A stretch of DNA of 64,000 nucleotides from Verrucomicrobiota bacterium (GTDB lineage: Bacteria; Verrucomicrobiota; Verrucomicrobiia; Limisphaerales; SXQI01): NCBI GenBank assembly GCA_033762115.1, contig JANRLX010000111.1:1-64000 (forward strand). Reading direction: 5' to 3'. Shown one piece after another: positions 32,449-41,759 of the stretch (the stretch's first letter is position 1; the number at the start of each line of letters is the position of its first letter). The position numbers and the translations under genes are program-made. Under the pieces are notes generated by a model. That model searched no databases, was not told where the DNA came from, and saw nothing but the letters and a program-made list of their open reading frames with translations.

Positions 32449-33948
32449 TTAAAGCACCGAATGTTCCCGGCGCCAAACCAGGTTCGTGGGAAGGGTCAGG
32501 AGAAAAGTTGTTCCATTCTTGCCGGTTCCTTCCAATTCGAGGGCTCCACCCATGTGATTTGCCAATTGCTTGCTGATCGCCAGCCCCAGGCCAGTCCCCC
32601 CTTCCTTCGTAGAGCGGCAGGGGGCAAACAGATTGGCTTTGATTTGCTCTGGCAGACCCGGACCGTTGTCAGAAATCCGGAAGTGAATTTGTCCTTCAAT
32701 CTCAGTGATGGAAAGCTCGACCTTTCCGATATTTGCCGGCAATGCCTGGACCGCATTCTGCAACAGGTTGACGAGGACGAGGATGATCAGGTTCGCATTT
32801 CGATTGCTCAGTTGCCCCTGGGCATCTCCTTTGATGGATAAAGCAATATTTCCTTCCTGTGCAATCGGTTGCACCTTGGACTCGATCATCTGGATAACTT
32901 CAGACAACGAAAGGTGATACGCGGTCTGCCCCTGTTCCTCCTGAAGGATGCGGACGATCTCGGCAATCATCGATTGCATTCGCTTGGTGGAGCTCAAGGC
33001 AGTTTGCCAGTCGCTTTCCCGAGGCGGGATTTTTTGTTCGAGTCGGCTGGAGGCGAGCAGTTGCAAACCGAAGAGCGGATTTTTCAACCCGTGGATCAGG
33101 TGAGCGGCGACAGCGCCAATGGCGGAAGTTTTCGCGGCGAGGGTTAGTTCATGGTTTGCATGCAACAGATCGGCAGTGCGTGCGCTCAGCTGTTCATTGG
33201 CATGTTGCAACCGTTGAAAGGCCCAGCCGACAGCGACGACAATCACCGTTCCGCCAATCGCAAAAAAAAGCAGGCCGTGCCGAAAGAGGTGCCGGTCCAT
33301 GACCGCAAATTCCCGGGCAACTCGTTCGCCGTTAAGCAGAAACTGAGCGGCGCCCAAAAAATGTTTTCCCGATTCGGCGTGCAGCGGAACGATGGCTTCA
33401 ATCAATGGAAAAACCTGCGCTTCCCCGATCGGCTGCCGAACGGTGGGGTTGATGTCGGCTACCCGCGCTTTGGGGTGAAAGTGGCTAACGGATGCGAGGT
33501 TTTTCAATTTGAGGAGATCGTCACTTCCCAATTCTGAACGGGTAACACCACTGGGAAACGCAGTAATGAAACGCCCCTCGGTATCAAAAAGGCGTATGGC
33601 GCTGACTTCACCGCGGAATTCGGATGCTTCGAGAATCGCCCCCAACCTTGTTTGCGCATCAGTAAGGTCCAGGCCTTCCTGCTCAAGGGCCTTTTGGTTT
33701 ACCACCGTGGCCGCATGGAGCACTTCACTGTCCTGTTGGAGAATCTGCTCCCTGAGGGTACGGCGCAAATCGGAGATGACCAGAATGATGCTTAACCCAA
33801 GCACTGCCAGGATCAGAGAGATGACCAGCGCGGGGATGATCTGCGGTTTGCCAAAGCGAAACAGGGAGCGGCGGGTTTGCGTTTCAAAGGACATTTTCCA
33901 GATCGCACGAATTTTGGGCAGTTCAATCAATCCGTCGATATTGATCAT
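32449..33948 (-). CDS. Membrane-bound sensor histidine kinase
   Basis: Two TM helices, AHLIHGLKNPL H-box, NLLQNA, DNGPG, GTGLGL; SD AGGAGAGG upstream. Confidence 0.9.
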   Translation of the reverse strand: MINIDGLIELPKIRAIWKMSFETQTRRSLFRFGKPQIIPALVISLILAVLGLSIILVISDLRRTLREQILQQDSEVLHAATVVNQKALEQEGLDLTDAQTRLGAILEASEFRGEVSAIRLFDTEGRFITAFPSGVTRSELGSDDLLKLKNLASVSHFHPKARVADINPTVRQPIGEAQVFPLIEAIVPLHAESGKHFLGAAQFLLNGERVAREFAVMDRHLFRHGLLFFAIGGTVIVVAVGWAFQRLQHANEQLSARTADLLHANHELTLAAKTSAIGAVAAHLIHGLKNPLFGLQLLASSRLEQKIPPRESDWQTALSSTKRMQSMIAEIVRILQEEQGQTAYHLSLSEVIQMIESKVQPIAQEGNIALSIKGDAQGQLSNRNANLIILVLVNLLQNAVQALPANIGKVELSITEIEGQIHFRISDNGPGLPEQIKANLFAPCRSTKEGGTGLGLAISKQLANHMGGALELEGTGKNGTTFLLTLPTNLVWRREHSVL

Positions 33949-34001
33949 GGCTTAAATCCTCTCCTTGCACAATTCCCTGATTTGTGGGGCGTAAAAGCTT
34001 T

Positions 34002-34017
34002 AGCAAAGAGTGTGCCT
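34002..34017 (-). promoter_or_regulatory. Sigma-54 promoter candidate for the sensor kinase
   Basis: AGGCACACTCTTTGCT, GG-N10-GC spacing. Confidence 0.55.
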
Positions 34018-34051
34018 TTGGGAACAGCGGGGAAAAACCTGATTTTCAGGG

Positions 34052-35143
34052 CTAAAATTCGTAATAAAAACCAGTTTCGACAATATGTGCCTGGTATTCA
34101 TCTGAAACATGGTTGCCAGAACCCAATTCATAATTGTATTCCCCAAAAGCGGAGAGTTCCTTCCAAATTTTTTGTTCCGCCCTGAAGCCTGCACCAGTCT
34201 CGGAACGGCGACGCAACGGCGGATCAGGGGGTTGAATTGTTTGATTCTGGTAACTGTATTTTACGTATCTCCCTGAGAGAGAGACTTCTCCGGTTTCCCA
34301 GCGCCATGTGAGACCGGCGGTCAGGCGAAAGCGGTCATAATCGAAGTAACCGGGTCCATTGTCCCGGTTGAAAAGATACCCGGCCTTGAACCGGCCTCGG
34401 CATCTTCTGCGGGAATCAAAATTGTGACGGAGTTCCAGTTCTATCTCCTGCTGGGTAAATTCCAGGGAACTATCGGGAATAGCTGAGGAATCCAGTTCCA
34501 ATTGTTCACGCTCATCATAAAAGCGTTTTCTCCAGCTAAAAGCCAAACTTGTTTCGGAGCGATGACCATACTTTCTTCCAAAGCGGAGCTTCTCTCCCCA
34601 TTCCCAGGTATCATCAAGCGGAGACTCATAATTTTGACGGGCAGCGGGTAACTCGAGTTCCAGAAAATATTGTTGCCAATGCTTTTGTAAAATTGGGGTC
34701 AACCCCAGGGTGTGCGATTTTAACGGGAGGGATTCGAGATTGGTTGTGGTAATGGAAACATCCACAACCTGATCATAATAAAGATAATCCGCTTTGATTC
34801 CTGCGATCCAGCCATTGGCAAAACCATACTTGTAATCGGCCTGGGCCAGGAGCAGTTGCTCTTTATTCACTGTGTCACTGGAAAGGTAGCGTTTGTCTTC
34901 CAAAGTAAGAAAAAATGTGAATTCATTGCTGTCATACGGCAGGCGGAAAAGGCTGGCATCAAGCATTCCTCGAATAAAAGCGCTTTTCTCATGGTTGATC
35001 TCGGAATGGAGCACATTATCCGAGTAGCCGACGCTGCCGCCGACCGTTGCAAAATAATCCCATGATGATGGCTCAGCAGCAGCCAGAGCAGAGCCGCTGA
35101 ACGGAATCAAGCAGACCAGGAGGAGTATGCGGATGAGATTCAA
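34052..35143 (-). CDS. Outer-membrane beta-barrel protein
   Basis: Signal peptide, GYSDNV N-terminal strand, alternating aromatic strands, C-terminal GFYYEF. Confidence 0.8.
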   Translation of the reverse strand: MNLIRILLLVCLIPFSGSALAAAEPSSWDYFATVGGSVGYSDNVLHSEINHEKSAFIRGMLDASLFRLPYDSNEFTFFLTLEDKRYLSSDTVNKEQLLLAQADYKYGFANGWIAGIKADYLYYDQVVDVSITTTNLESLPLKSHTLGLTPILQKHWQQYFLELELPAARQNYESPLDDTWEWGEKLRFGRKYGHRSETSLAFSWRKRFYDEREQLELDSSAIPDSSLEFTQQEIELELRHNFDSRRRCRGRFKAGYLFNRDNGPGYFDYDRFRLTAGLTWRWETGEVSLSGRYVKYSYQNQTIQPPDPPLRRRSETGAGFRAEQKIWKELSAFGEYNYELGSGNHVSDEYQAHIVETGFYYEF

Positions 35144-35147
35144 TCAA

Positions 35148-35180
35148 ATAAAAAACCAGGCAAAGTTAATTTGCCTGGCT
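35148..35180 (-). terminator. Rho-independent terminator between secreted-protein gene and barrel gene
   Basis: Stem CCAGGCAAA/TTTGCCTGG followed by TTTTTTATT on the minus strand. Confidence 0.75.
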
Positions 35181-35238
35181 TTTGTTAAGTAACTTATTTC
35201 GAGTTGTCTAGCTTGGTGTGAACAGTTCCCAAATCATC

Positions 35239-35769
35239 TTAGTCGCGATCGCGTCCCCCGCGGCCCTCCTCGGCTTTCTCACTTTTAAATTTCCGGGTCT
35301 GTTCCTTGACTCTGTCCTTTGCCTCATCCAACTGTGCGGAGAATTGTTCCTTTAGGGCGTCCTTGCTCTCTCGCAATTTTGAAATGGTTTCCTTACGATC
35401 TTCCCTGGAAGCCCCTTTTTTCTGCCGTTGAGTCTGTTTTTGTTGCTCGATAAATGCACGGCGTTGGTCCTCAAAGCTTTGAACCATTTCCTTGACGGCG
35501 GTGGGGGTTTCCGGGACGTCTGTTTTCTCAGGGCGTTCCGGCTTTTCCTGATTAGGCTTCTCTTCCTTCGGCTTTTCTTCCTTTTCGGGCTTTTCCTGTT
35601 TTTTCTCTTTTTCCGGTTTTTCGGATTTGTCAGGCTGGTCCCCGGCGGCCATCAACTCAACAGCACGAAGGTTGGCTGCCTGTGCATTGGCTGAGGTTCC
35701 AGCCATCAGGCCAAGTGCAAGAAGGGCAGCCAGCGTGCTAACTTTTAATCGATTGGTTTTCAAGTTCAT
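35239..35769 (-). CDS. Secreted, highly charged low-complexity/coiled-coil protein
   Basis: Signal peptide (ANA-QA), EKPEK repeats, helical K/E/R/Q-rich C-terminus. Confidence 0.75.
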   Translation of the reverse strand: MNLKTNRLKVSTLAALLALGLMAGTSANAQAANLRAVELMAAGDQPDKSEKPEKEKKQEKPEKEEKPKEEKPNQEKPERPEKTDVPETPTAVKEMVQSFEDQRRAFIEQQKQTQRQKKGASREDRKETISKLRESKDALKEQFSAQLDEAKDRVKEQTRKFKSEKAEEGRGGRDRD

Positions 35770-35836
35770 GGCGAAGGCTGGTCTTGAGCTTCCTGTTCGT
35801 TCATCGCTCCAAGAACAATCTCCACATTTTTGGATA

Positions 35837-35852
35837 TGCAGGCAGTGTGCCA
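35837..35852 (-). promoter_or_regulatory. Sigma-54 promoter candidate for the secreted-protein gene
   Basis: TGGCACACTGCCTGCA, GG-N10-GC spacing. Confidence 0.6.
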
Positions 35853-35958
35853 ACTATTTTATCCTATAAATGACCTTTTCGAGGTTCTTTTCTTAAGCGA
35901 TTCTCTCGCAAGCCGTTTTTGTTTGGGGGAAAAGACCCAAACAGGTAGTCGTTAATTC

Positions 35959-37035
35959 TCAATCTGGCGCCGTTTCTCGTTTCGTCCCTTGCGCTGCCTG
36001 TCGGGCAAATACCTGGCGAATAATTTCTTCGATTGGGACTTCCTGAATATCGATATCAGAAACCGGCAATTCATCAAGCAAGGCTTTACAAACAGTGATT
36101 ACCCGGTCTCGACTGACCTTGAGTTTAACGCTGGCGCTGTTCTGTTCGACGACGGTCCCATATTTGGCAAGGGAGTCAGCATTGATCCGATCAGCGGCCT
36201 CACTTTGGATGGTGACCAGTTTGAAATCTGCGAAGCGGTCCAGGACTTCCTCCAGCTTGCCATCAAAAAAGATGCGGCCCTCATCAATAATGATGACCCG
36301 TTCACATAATTCCTGAATGTCCGCCATATAATGGCTGGTCAGGAGGATGGTGGTTTTGCGCCTGGTATTATGTGAGCGAAGAAATTCACGAACAGTTTTT
36401 TGTGAAATGACATCGAGCCCGATGGTCGGTTCATCCAGAAAAAGGACCTTGGGATGATGCAAAAGGGCAGCGATCAGTTCCATTTTCATCCGTTCGCCAA
36501 GGGAAAGCTCGCGAACCATGACGTTTAGCTTGTCTTTAACATCGAGCAATTCGGACATTTCATCGACAGTGCGGAGGAGTTCCGAATGGGAAATGCCGTA
36601 AATCCTGGCATTTAGTTCGAGGGATTCACGCGCAGGAAGATCCCACCAAAGCTGGTTTTTTTGGCCGAGGAGCAGGGCAAATTGTCGTCGGTACCCATCA
36701 TCCCGCTGCCATGGGGTGTAACCAAGGACTTTGGCGCTGCCTGAAGAGGGATAGAGAAGGCCAGCCAGCATTTTAAGAGTGGTGGTTTTGCCCGCGCCAT
36801 TCGGGCCGAGAAATCCGACGAATTCTCCCTCGGCGACCCGGAACGTGATATCGCGGGCGGCATGGGTTAACTCATATTCCCGTTTAAAAAGACCGCGCAA
36901 TGCGCCTTTGAAACCAGGGTGCTTTTTGTAGGTGCGGTATGTGCGGGTAAGGCCCTCCACCTCGATGACCGGTTGGTGTCTGCTATCCACTTGCAGGAGC
37001 AGATTAGAGGGGCTTTTCCGCGATGCAAGTCGCAA
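35959..37035 (-). CDS. ABC-2-type transporter ATP-binding protein (start may lie ~45 nt downstream)
   Basis: GPNGAGKTT, LSLGERM, LFLDEPTIGLD, TSHYM. Confidence 0.92.
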   Translation of the reverse strand: MRLASRKSPSNLLLQVDSRHQPVIEVEGLTRTYRTYKKHPGFKGALRGLFKREYELTHAARDITFRVAEGEFVGFLGPNGAGKTTTLKMLAGLLYPSSGSAKVLGYTPWQRDDGYRRQFALLLGQKNQLWWDLPARESLELNARIYGISHSELLRTVDEMSELLDVKDKLNVMVRELSLGERMKMELIAALLHHPKVLFLDEPTIGLDVISQKTVREFLRSHNTRRKTTILLTSHYMADIQELCERVIIIDEGRIFFDGKLEEVLDRFADFKLVTIQSEAADRINADSLAKYGTVVEQNSASVKLKVSRDRVITVCKALLDELPVSDIDIQEVPIEEIIRQVFARQAAQGTKRETAPD

Positions 37036-37038
37036 GGA

Positions 37039-38454
37039 TCAACGTTGCAACTGACGCTCCAATGCGCTGACAGTCTGCCGGACTGTAGCATCCACTTCCA
37101 TGCGATCCTTCACCAGGCGGCAGGCATGGAGGACGGTCCCATGGTCCCGGCCGCCAAACGCTTCGCCAATGGTGTTCAGAGAGGATTCGGTCAGTTGCCG
37201 GGCAAGATACATCGCGATTTGCCGGGGAAAAGCAATGTTTTCGGGGCGTCGTTTGCTGGTCATATCCGCGACACGGATATCAAAATGTTCAGCGACCTTT
37301 TTCTGGATGACTTCAATGCTGATGGAAAAACGGCCTTCTTCGCTCAAGACATCCCGAAGCAACCCTTCGACCATTTCGACGTTCAGCTTTTTACCCGTCA
37401 AAGAGGCGTAGGAGGCAACCCGGATCAATGCGCCTTCCAGGCGGCGAATATTGGCGCGAATTCGCGTGGCCAGAAAATTGAGGACCTCCTCCGGAAGCTC
37501 GACCCCCATTGACTTCTCTTTCTTGCGGAGGATCGCCACACGGGTTTCGATATCTGGCGGCTGCATGTCAGTAACCAGCCCCCATTCAAAACGGGAGACC
37601 AGACGATGCTCAAGATTTTGAATTTCCGCAGCGGGACGGTCGCAGGTCAGGACGATCTGTTTATGCGATTCGTGCAGGGCGTTAAAAGTATGGAAGAATT
37701 CCTCCTGGATACGTTCCTTGCCGGCAAGGAACTGGATATCATCAATCAACAGCACATCAGACTGGCGATATTTTTTGCGGAACCGGACCAGTTGATTATT
37801 CTGAATGGCATCAATGTATTCGTTGGTAAATTTCTCGGAGGAAACATAGGCCACCCGAGCACCTTTTTTGCTGCTGGCGACGTGTTGACCGATGGCATGG
37901 AGCAAATGAGTTTTGCCCAGGCCCACCCCACCATAGAGAAAGAGCGGGTTATATGATTTCCCGGGGTTTTGTGCGACAGCGAGGGCTGCGGCGTGGGCAA
38001 AGTTATTATTATTGCCGACGACAAACGTCTCAAAGGTGTTTTTTGGGTTGAAGAGCAGGTCACGTTCTTTCCCGGAATTGGCCGCGGGGTGACGTTCCTG
38101 CGCCTCCTCATGAAGCACCTCCACCACCCGATTATCGGTGCGGGATGAGGAGGCAAGCTGCTGGTGGGAGGATTGGTTCGAGACCTTGAACTTCACAAGC
38201 AGTGAGCGGCCTGCGGAATGGGCAAGAACATCCTGGATCAAACCAAGATAATTGTCCTTGAGCCAGAGTTCACAAAAATCGTTGCTGACTTCGAGAGTGA
38301 AGGCATCCTCTGATACGCTTGCAGCCCTGATCGGGGCGAACCAAAGGTTGTAAATTTCTGCGTTGAGGATCGAGCGGAGTAACTGTTGGGAAGCCGTCCA
38401 GATTTTATCAGCTGGAAGTTCCATTGGGGCAGAGGTTTTCACCGATTTATTCAC
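37039..38454 (-). CDS. dnaA: Chromosomal replication initiator DnaA
   Basis: YNPLFLYGGVGLGKTHL, LLIDDIQF, QEEFFHTFN, SRFEWGL, NIRRLEGAL, RQIAMYL, FGGRDH.TV.HA; exact start uncertain. Confidence 0.97.
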   Translation of the reverse strand: MNKSVKTSAPMELPADKIWTASQQLLRSILNAEIYNLWFAPIRAASVSEDAFTLEVSNDFCELWLKDNYLGLIQDVLAHSAGRSLLVKFKVSNQSSHQQLASSSRTDNRVVEVLHEEAQERHPAANSGKERDLLFNPKNTFETFVVGNNNNFAHAAALAVAQNPGKSYNPLFLYGGVGLGKTHLLHAIGQHVASSKKGARVAYVSSEKFTNEYIDAIQNNQLVRFRKKYRQSDVLLIDDIQFLAGKERIQEEFFHTFNALHESHKQIVLTCDRPAAEIQNLEHRLVSRFEWGLVTDMQPPDIETRVAILRKKEKSMGVELPEEVLNFLATRIRANIRRLEGALIRVASYASLTGKKLNVEMVEGLLRDVLSEEGRFSISIEVIQKKVAEHFDIRVADMTSKRRPENIAFPRQIAMYLARQLTESSLNTIGEAFGGRDHGTVLHACRLVKDRMEVDATVRQTVSALERQLQR

Positions 38455-38743
38455 GTTCTGCTTGTTACCGGCTCGTAACAGAGATTTTTACCGGGGTGGA
38501 CAGCCGGTGACAAAGCAAATTCCCAAATAAAATTGTCACAAAGCTCGGCGCTGTCTGTAGTGGAGACGGAAAATCTCTGGTAAACATTTTGTTATTAAGA
38601 CCTTATGTTAATTGCAGTAGGTCGGCCCTGATGCTCGGATCGTAACAATTTCTAATTGCTGATGGAGCGATCGTGCGACCTCCAGATGTTTAGGTGAATT
38701 GAGAAAGCGTGACGAGGACAACATATTAACTCTTATTGCCAAG

Positions 38744-38752
38744 TTATTCACA
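38744..38752 (+). promoter_or_regulatory. DnaA box upstream of dnaA
   Basis: TTATTCACA matches TTATNCACA; a 1-mismatch box TTATTCACG lies at 38447-38455. Confidence 0.5.
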
Positions 38753-38837
38753 GTGCGAAAACGTGCACTCAGGGAGATGGTAATCCTTGCCAAATGGAAC
38801 CGAGTACGCCTGGCAAAATGAATTGAAAAGAGGGGAA

Positions 38838-40088
38838 TCATATTTTCAGGAACAACTTTCGGCGATACATCCAGAAAAGAATCAGCCAAAGCAGTAGCAG
38901 TATGGTCATCCCCTGGATCAGGGAGGAAAAGGAGGGACCGAAAAGATTTAAATAACCGTCGCCGAGATGGGTTCTAATAGCGCTGCGAAAAAAGCCGATA
39001 AAAAGCCATTCCATAACATAAGCGGCAATGGAGTTCATCCCCACGACGACCAGAAAAAAAGACCACTTTTTCCACCTTTTGAAATCGATAATGGCGTAAA
39101 ATCCCGCAAGAAAGAGGAAAGCAAAACCGCCGCTAAATAATGTCCAGGCCGGGGTCCAGATTCGTTTGACAATGGGACAAATCCCGCTCAGGTGCAGCAG
39201 GGATCCAAGGAATAACCCAGAAATCCCGGCAATGAGCAGGCGGATCATCTTTTCTTTCGCTGTGGTCTCCCGCTGGAGCCAGAGACCGGCAATTGAACCG
39301 AGCAGCATGGTTCCAAGGGTGGGAATAAAACTGAGAGTGGAGTAACCGCCGCCATTGTTGAGGAAAGGACGTTCCCTGGGAAAAAGGTTCATGAACCAGG
39401 TATCAAAAGCCCAGGCGAAATTGCTGTTTTTGTTCCAATGCGCGGCAAATCCGCTCAAATGATGCGGCCAATCGACGGGAACTCCGGCCTGTTTCCAGTC
39501 AAAGTCAGGCCCGGGGAGCGGGTATAACGCGAATGCCAGCCAATAACCGACCATCAATACAGCAAACCAGAGCCATTGAATCTTTTCGGTTTTGCGACCG
39601 ATCAGGAAAAGGAAGGTGTAGCCAAGGCCGATTTGGGTAAGGGTATCTTCAAAAGTGTAATTGGTGTGAGGTTTGCCGATGGAACGCAGGAAGATGCCGA
39701 GGAAAATCAAAATCAATGAGCGACCAATGGCATGACGGAGCATCTGGCCAAACGTTTGGCCTTTTGCCACACGGCTTGCGAGGGAAAAAGGGAGAGCCAC
39801 GCCCACGAGAAAAGAAAAGGAGGGCTGGATAAGGTCATGCAACGTGCAGCCGACCCATTCCACATGACTTTGATGGTGGGCTAAAAATTTCCAGAATCCG
39901 CTGTCCGGATGTTGCGAGGCGACCTGCCCCAGCGCGAGAACTTCCCCGAGCATCAGGAGCATGACAAGGCCGCGGTAGGCGTCAATGGATGCCAGACGCT
40001 GTGGCAAAGCGGTCGCACTACTTGCAGGGTTCACAGCGAAAGAGTAATCGATGGCAGTTTTGCCACAAGATTCTTCCGGTCTTGCCAA
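38838..40088 (-). CDS. Heparan-alpha-glucosaminide N-acetyltransferase-like membrane protein (DUF5009-like); true start probably ~40034
   Basis: RLASIDAYRG, HVEW.G...DLIQPSF.F.VG, KRIWTP, GMNSI, MYRRKLFLKI. Confidence 0.85.
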   Translation of the reverse strand: MARPEESCGKTAIDYSFAVNPASSATALPQRLASIDAYRGLVMLLMLGEVLALGQVASQHPDSGFWKFLAHHQSHVEWVGCTLHDLIQPSFSFLVGVALPFSLASRVAKGQTFGQMLRHAIGRSLILIFLGIFLRSIGKPHTNYTFEDTLTQIGLGYTFLFLIGRKTEKIQWLWFAVLMVGYWLAFALYPLPGPDFDWKQAGVPVDWPHHLSGFAAHWNKNSNFAWAFDTWFMNLFPRERPFLNNGGGYSTLSFIPTLGTMLLGSIAGLWLQRETTAKEKMIRLLIAGISGLFLGSLLHLSGICPIVKRIWTPAWTLFSGGFAFLFLAGFYAIIDFKRWKKWSFFLVVVGMNSIAAYVMEWLFIGFFRSAIRTHLGDGYLNLFGPSFSSLIQGMTILLLLWLILFWMYRRKLFLKI

Positions 40089-40116
40089 TTTTTAACTACG
40101 ACCCACTCTTTTGGTG

Positions 40117-41202
40117 ATGTCAGAATCGAGTTATTTGGCGACTGCTTTTCAGGGGAAGAAAACGTTGCAGGGAAGTTTGCGTTTCGAAGGGGAGACGCTG
40201 CATTTCGTTTCGAACGACGGAAGCCACGAGATGCCCCTGGGTGGGATGCGAACACGGGTTGGTGGATATAATGATGAACAAATATTCTTCGAGCATCCAT
40301 CGCATCCTGAATTTTCCGTTTATACCCGAGACAAGCGGGTCGTGGAGGATGAATGCCTGGCACGCTTTCCGGATCTGGTGGCGCAATTGAGGGGTGGCCA
40401 AAAACGAAAAGTTTCCTATCGCAAGCCGCTGATTTTGTTGGGGGGGATCGTACTATTTTTCGTTATGCTCCTGCTGCTGCTGGTGATGCAGAAGGACCGG
40501 ATTGTCGAAATTATTGTGGACAGGATTCCCCTGGAATGGGAGGTCAAGCTTGGGGAACAGTTGTTTAAGGCTGTGGCAGCTGACGGAGGGCTGGTTTCTG
40601 ACCCGGAGCAGCAGACATATCTCGAAAGTGTTACGGGTCCCTTATTAAGGGGGGTGGACACAAAAGGCTTCACGGTCCGGTTTCATATCAAAACCGATAC
40701 CAACGTGAACGCCTTTGCAATGCCGGGAGGAAATGTCGTGGTTTTTACCGGGTTGCTGGAGCGCGTCTCCCGGAAGGAGGAGCTTGCTGGAGTGCTGGCG
40801 CATGAAATTGCCCATGTGACCCGGCGGCATGGGTTTCGTAAATTAGTGGAATCCGCAGGAATGCTGTTGCTGGTGCAGGCAATCGTCGGAAACCCGGAAG
40901 GGATCATGGCAATCATCACAAGCAATTCGCAACGCCTGTTGAGCCAAAAATTTTCACGCGATTTCGAGCGGGAAGCCGATGATGAGGGGTGGGAATTTAT
41001 GGTGGCGGCGAATATTGACCCACGAGGAATGGTGGATTTTTTCAAAAAGCTTCAGCAACTGGAGGGAAATGGAAGCGGCAGGACTTTCGAACTGCTTCTG
41101 ACCCATCCAACGACGGAAGAACGGATTGCGCGGTTGGAGAAACGTTGGGAAAAAATGGAAAATAAAACATTTCCTCCGCTTGGCCCATCCAAACGGGAGT
41201 AG
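40117..41202 (+). CDS. M48-family metallopeptidase
   Basis: VNAFAMPGG, LAHEIAHV (HEXXH), FSRDFEREAD, LTHP. Confidence 0.9.
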   Translation: MSESSYLATAFQGKKTLQGSLRFEGETLHFVSNDGSHEMPLGGMRTRVGGYNDEQIFFEHPSHPEFSVYTRDKRVVEDECLARFPDLVAQLRGGQKRKVSYRKPLILLGGIVLFFVMLLLLLVMQKDRIVEIIVDRIPLEWEVKLGEQLFKAVAADGGLVSDPEQQTYLESVTGPLLRGVDTKGFTVRFHIKTDTNVNAFAMPGGNVVVFTGLLERVSRKEELAGVLAHEIAHVTRRHGFRKLVESAGMLLLVQAIVGNPEGIMAIITSNSQRLLSQKFSRDFEREADDEGWEFMVAANIDPRGMVDFFKKLQQLEGNGSGRTFELLLTHPTTEERIARLEKRWEKMENKTFPPLGPSKRE

Positions 41203-41203
41203 C

Positions 41204-41623
41204 TCACCTGGCGGATTTGACCTTCAGGTTGCGAATCTTGCGCTGGATTTTGCTATAGCCTGAATGTTCCCGGATTTTTGCGAGATCCGGATCCTCCGCG
41301 AGCCATTTGAAATCGCGATAGCCGAAATCAATGGCGTAACCCAGAGCGGTCAAGGCTTCATCAAGCCGGTCGGTAAGAGAGTAACTGCAGGCAAGATTAT
41401 ATTGGATCAACGCATCACGAGGACGCAGTTTGGCCAATTTTTCATCAATTCGAAGGCCGTGGCTAAATTTGCCCCGTTTGGTGTAATCGTCACCAAGGAT
41501 CTGCAACGCGTCCACGTAAGCTGGATCACGTTTAACCACACCCTCTAAAAACCCAATTTCGATGTCCAAATCCCGGCGTTCCTGCCGGTTCAGCCTTTTG
41601 CGAGGCGCTGGTTTTTTAGGCAT
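41204..41623 (-). CDS. TPR-containing protein
   Basis: YNLACSYSL...AL..L..AI..GY.D..W...DPDL. Confidence 0.75.
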   Translation of the reverse strand: MPKKPAPRKRLNRQERRDLDIEIGFLEGVVKRDPAYVDALQILGDDYTKRGKFSHGLRIDEKLAKLRPRDALIQYNLACSYSLTDRLDEALTALGYAIDFGYRDFKWLAEDPDLAKIREHSGYSKIQRKIRNLKVKSAR

Positions 41624-41759
41624 ACAATATTGCGCGCGGAATCATTACATAGCGGATTTTGAAGTCAAGCAACTCACCCGCCGTAATTGTTCCTCCATTG
41701 TGAAAAGCAAGTTACATTCCACCCTGAGGAAACGATGTGTGTTTACCCTTAAGCTTTTG

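Noticed and set aside
35239..35769. PEP-CTERM protein (sigma-54 promoter plus terminator layout)
   Set aside because: No VPEP motif or C-terminal transmembrane segment
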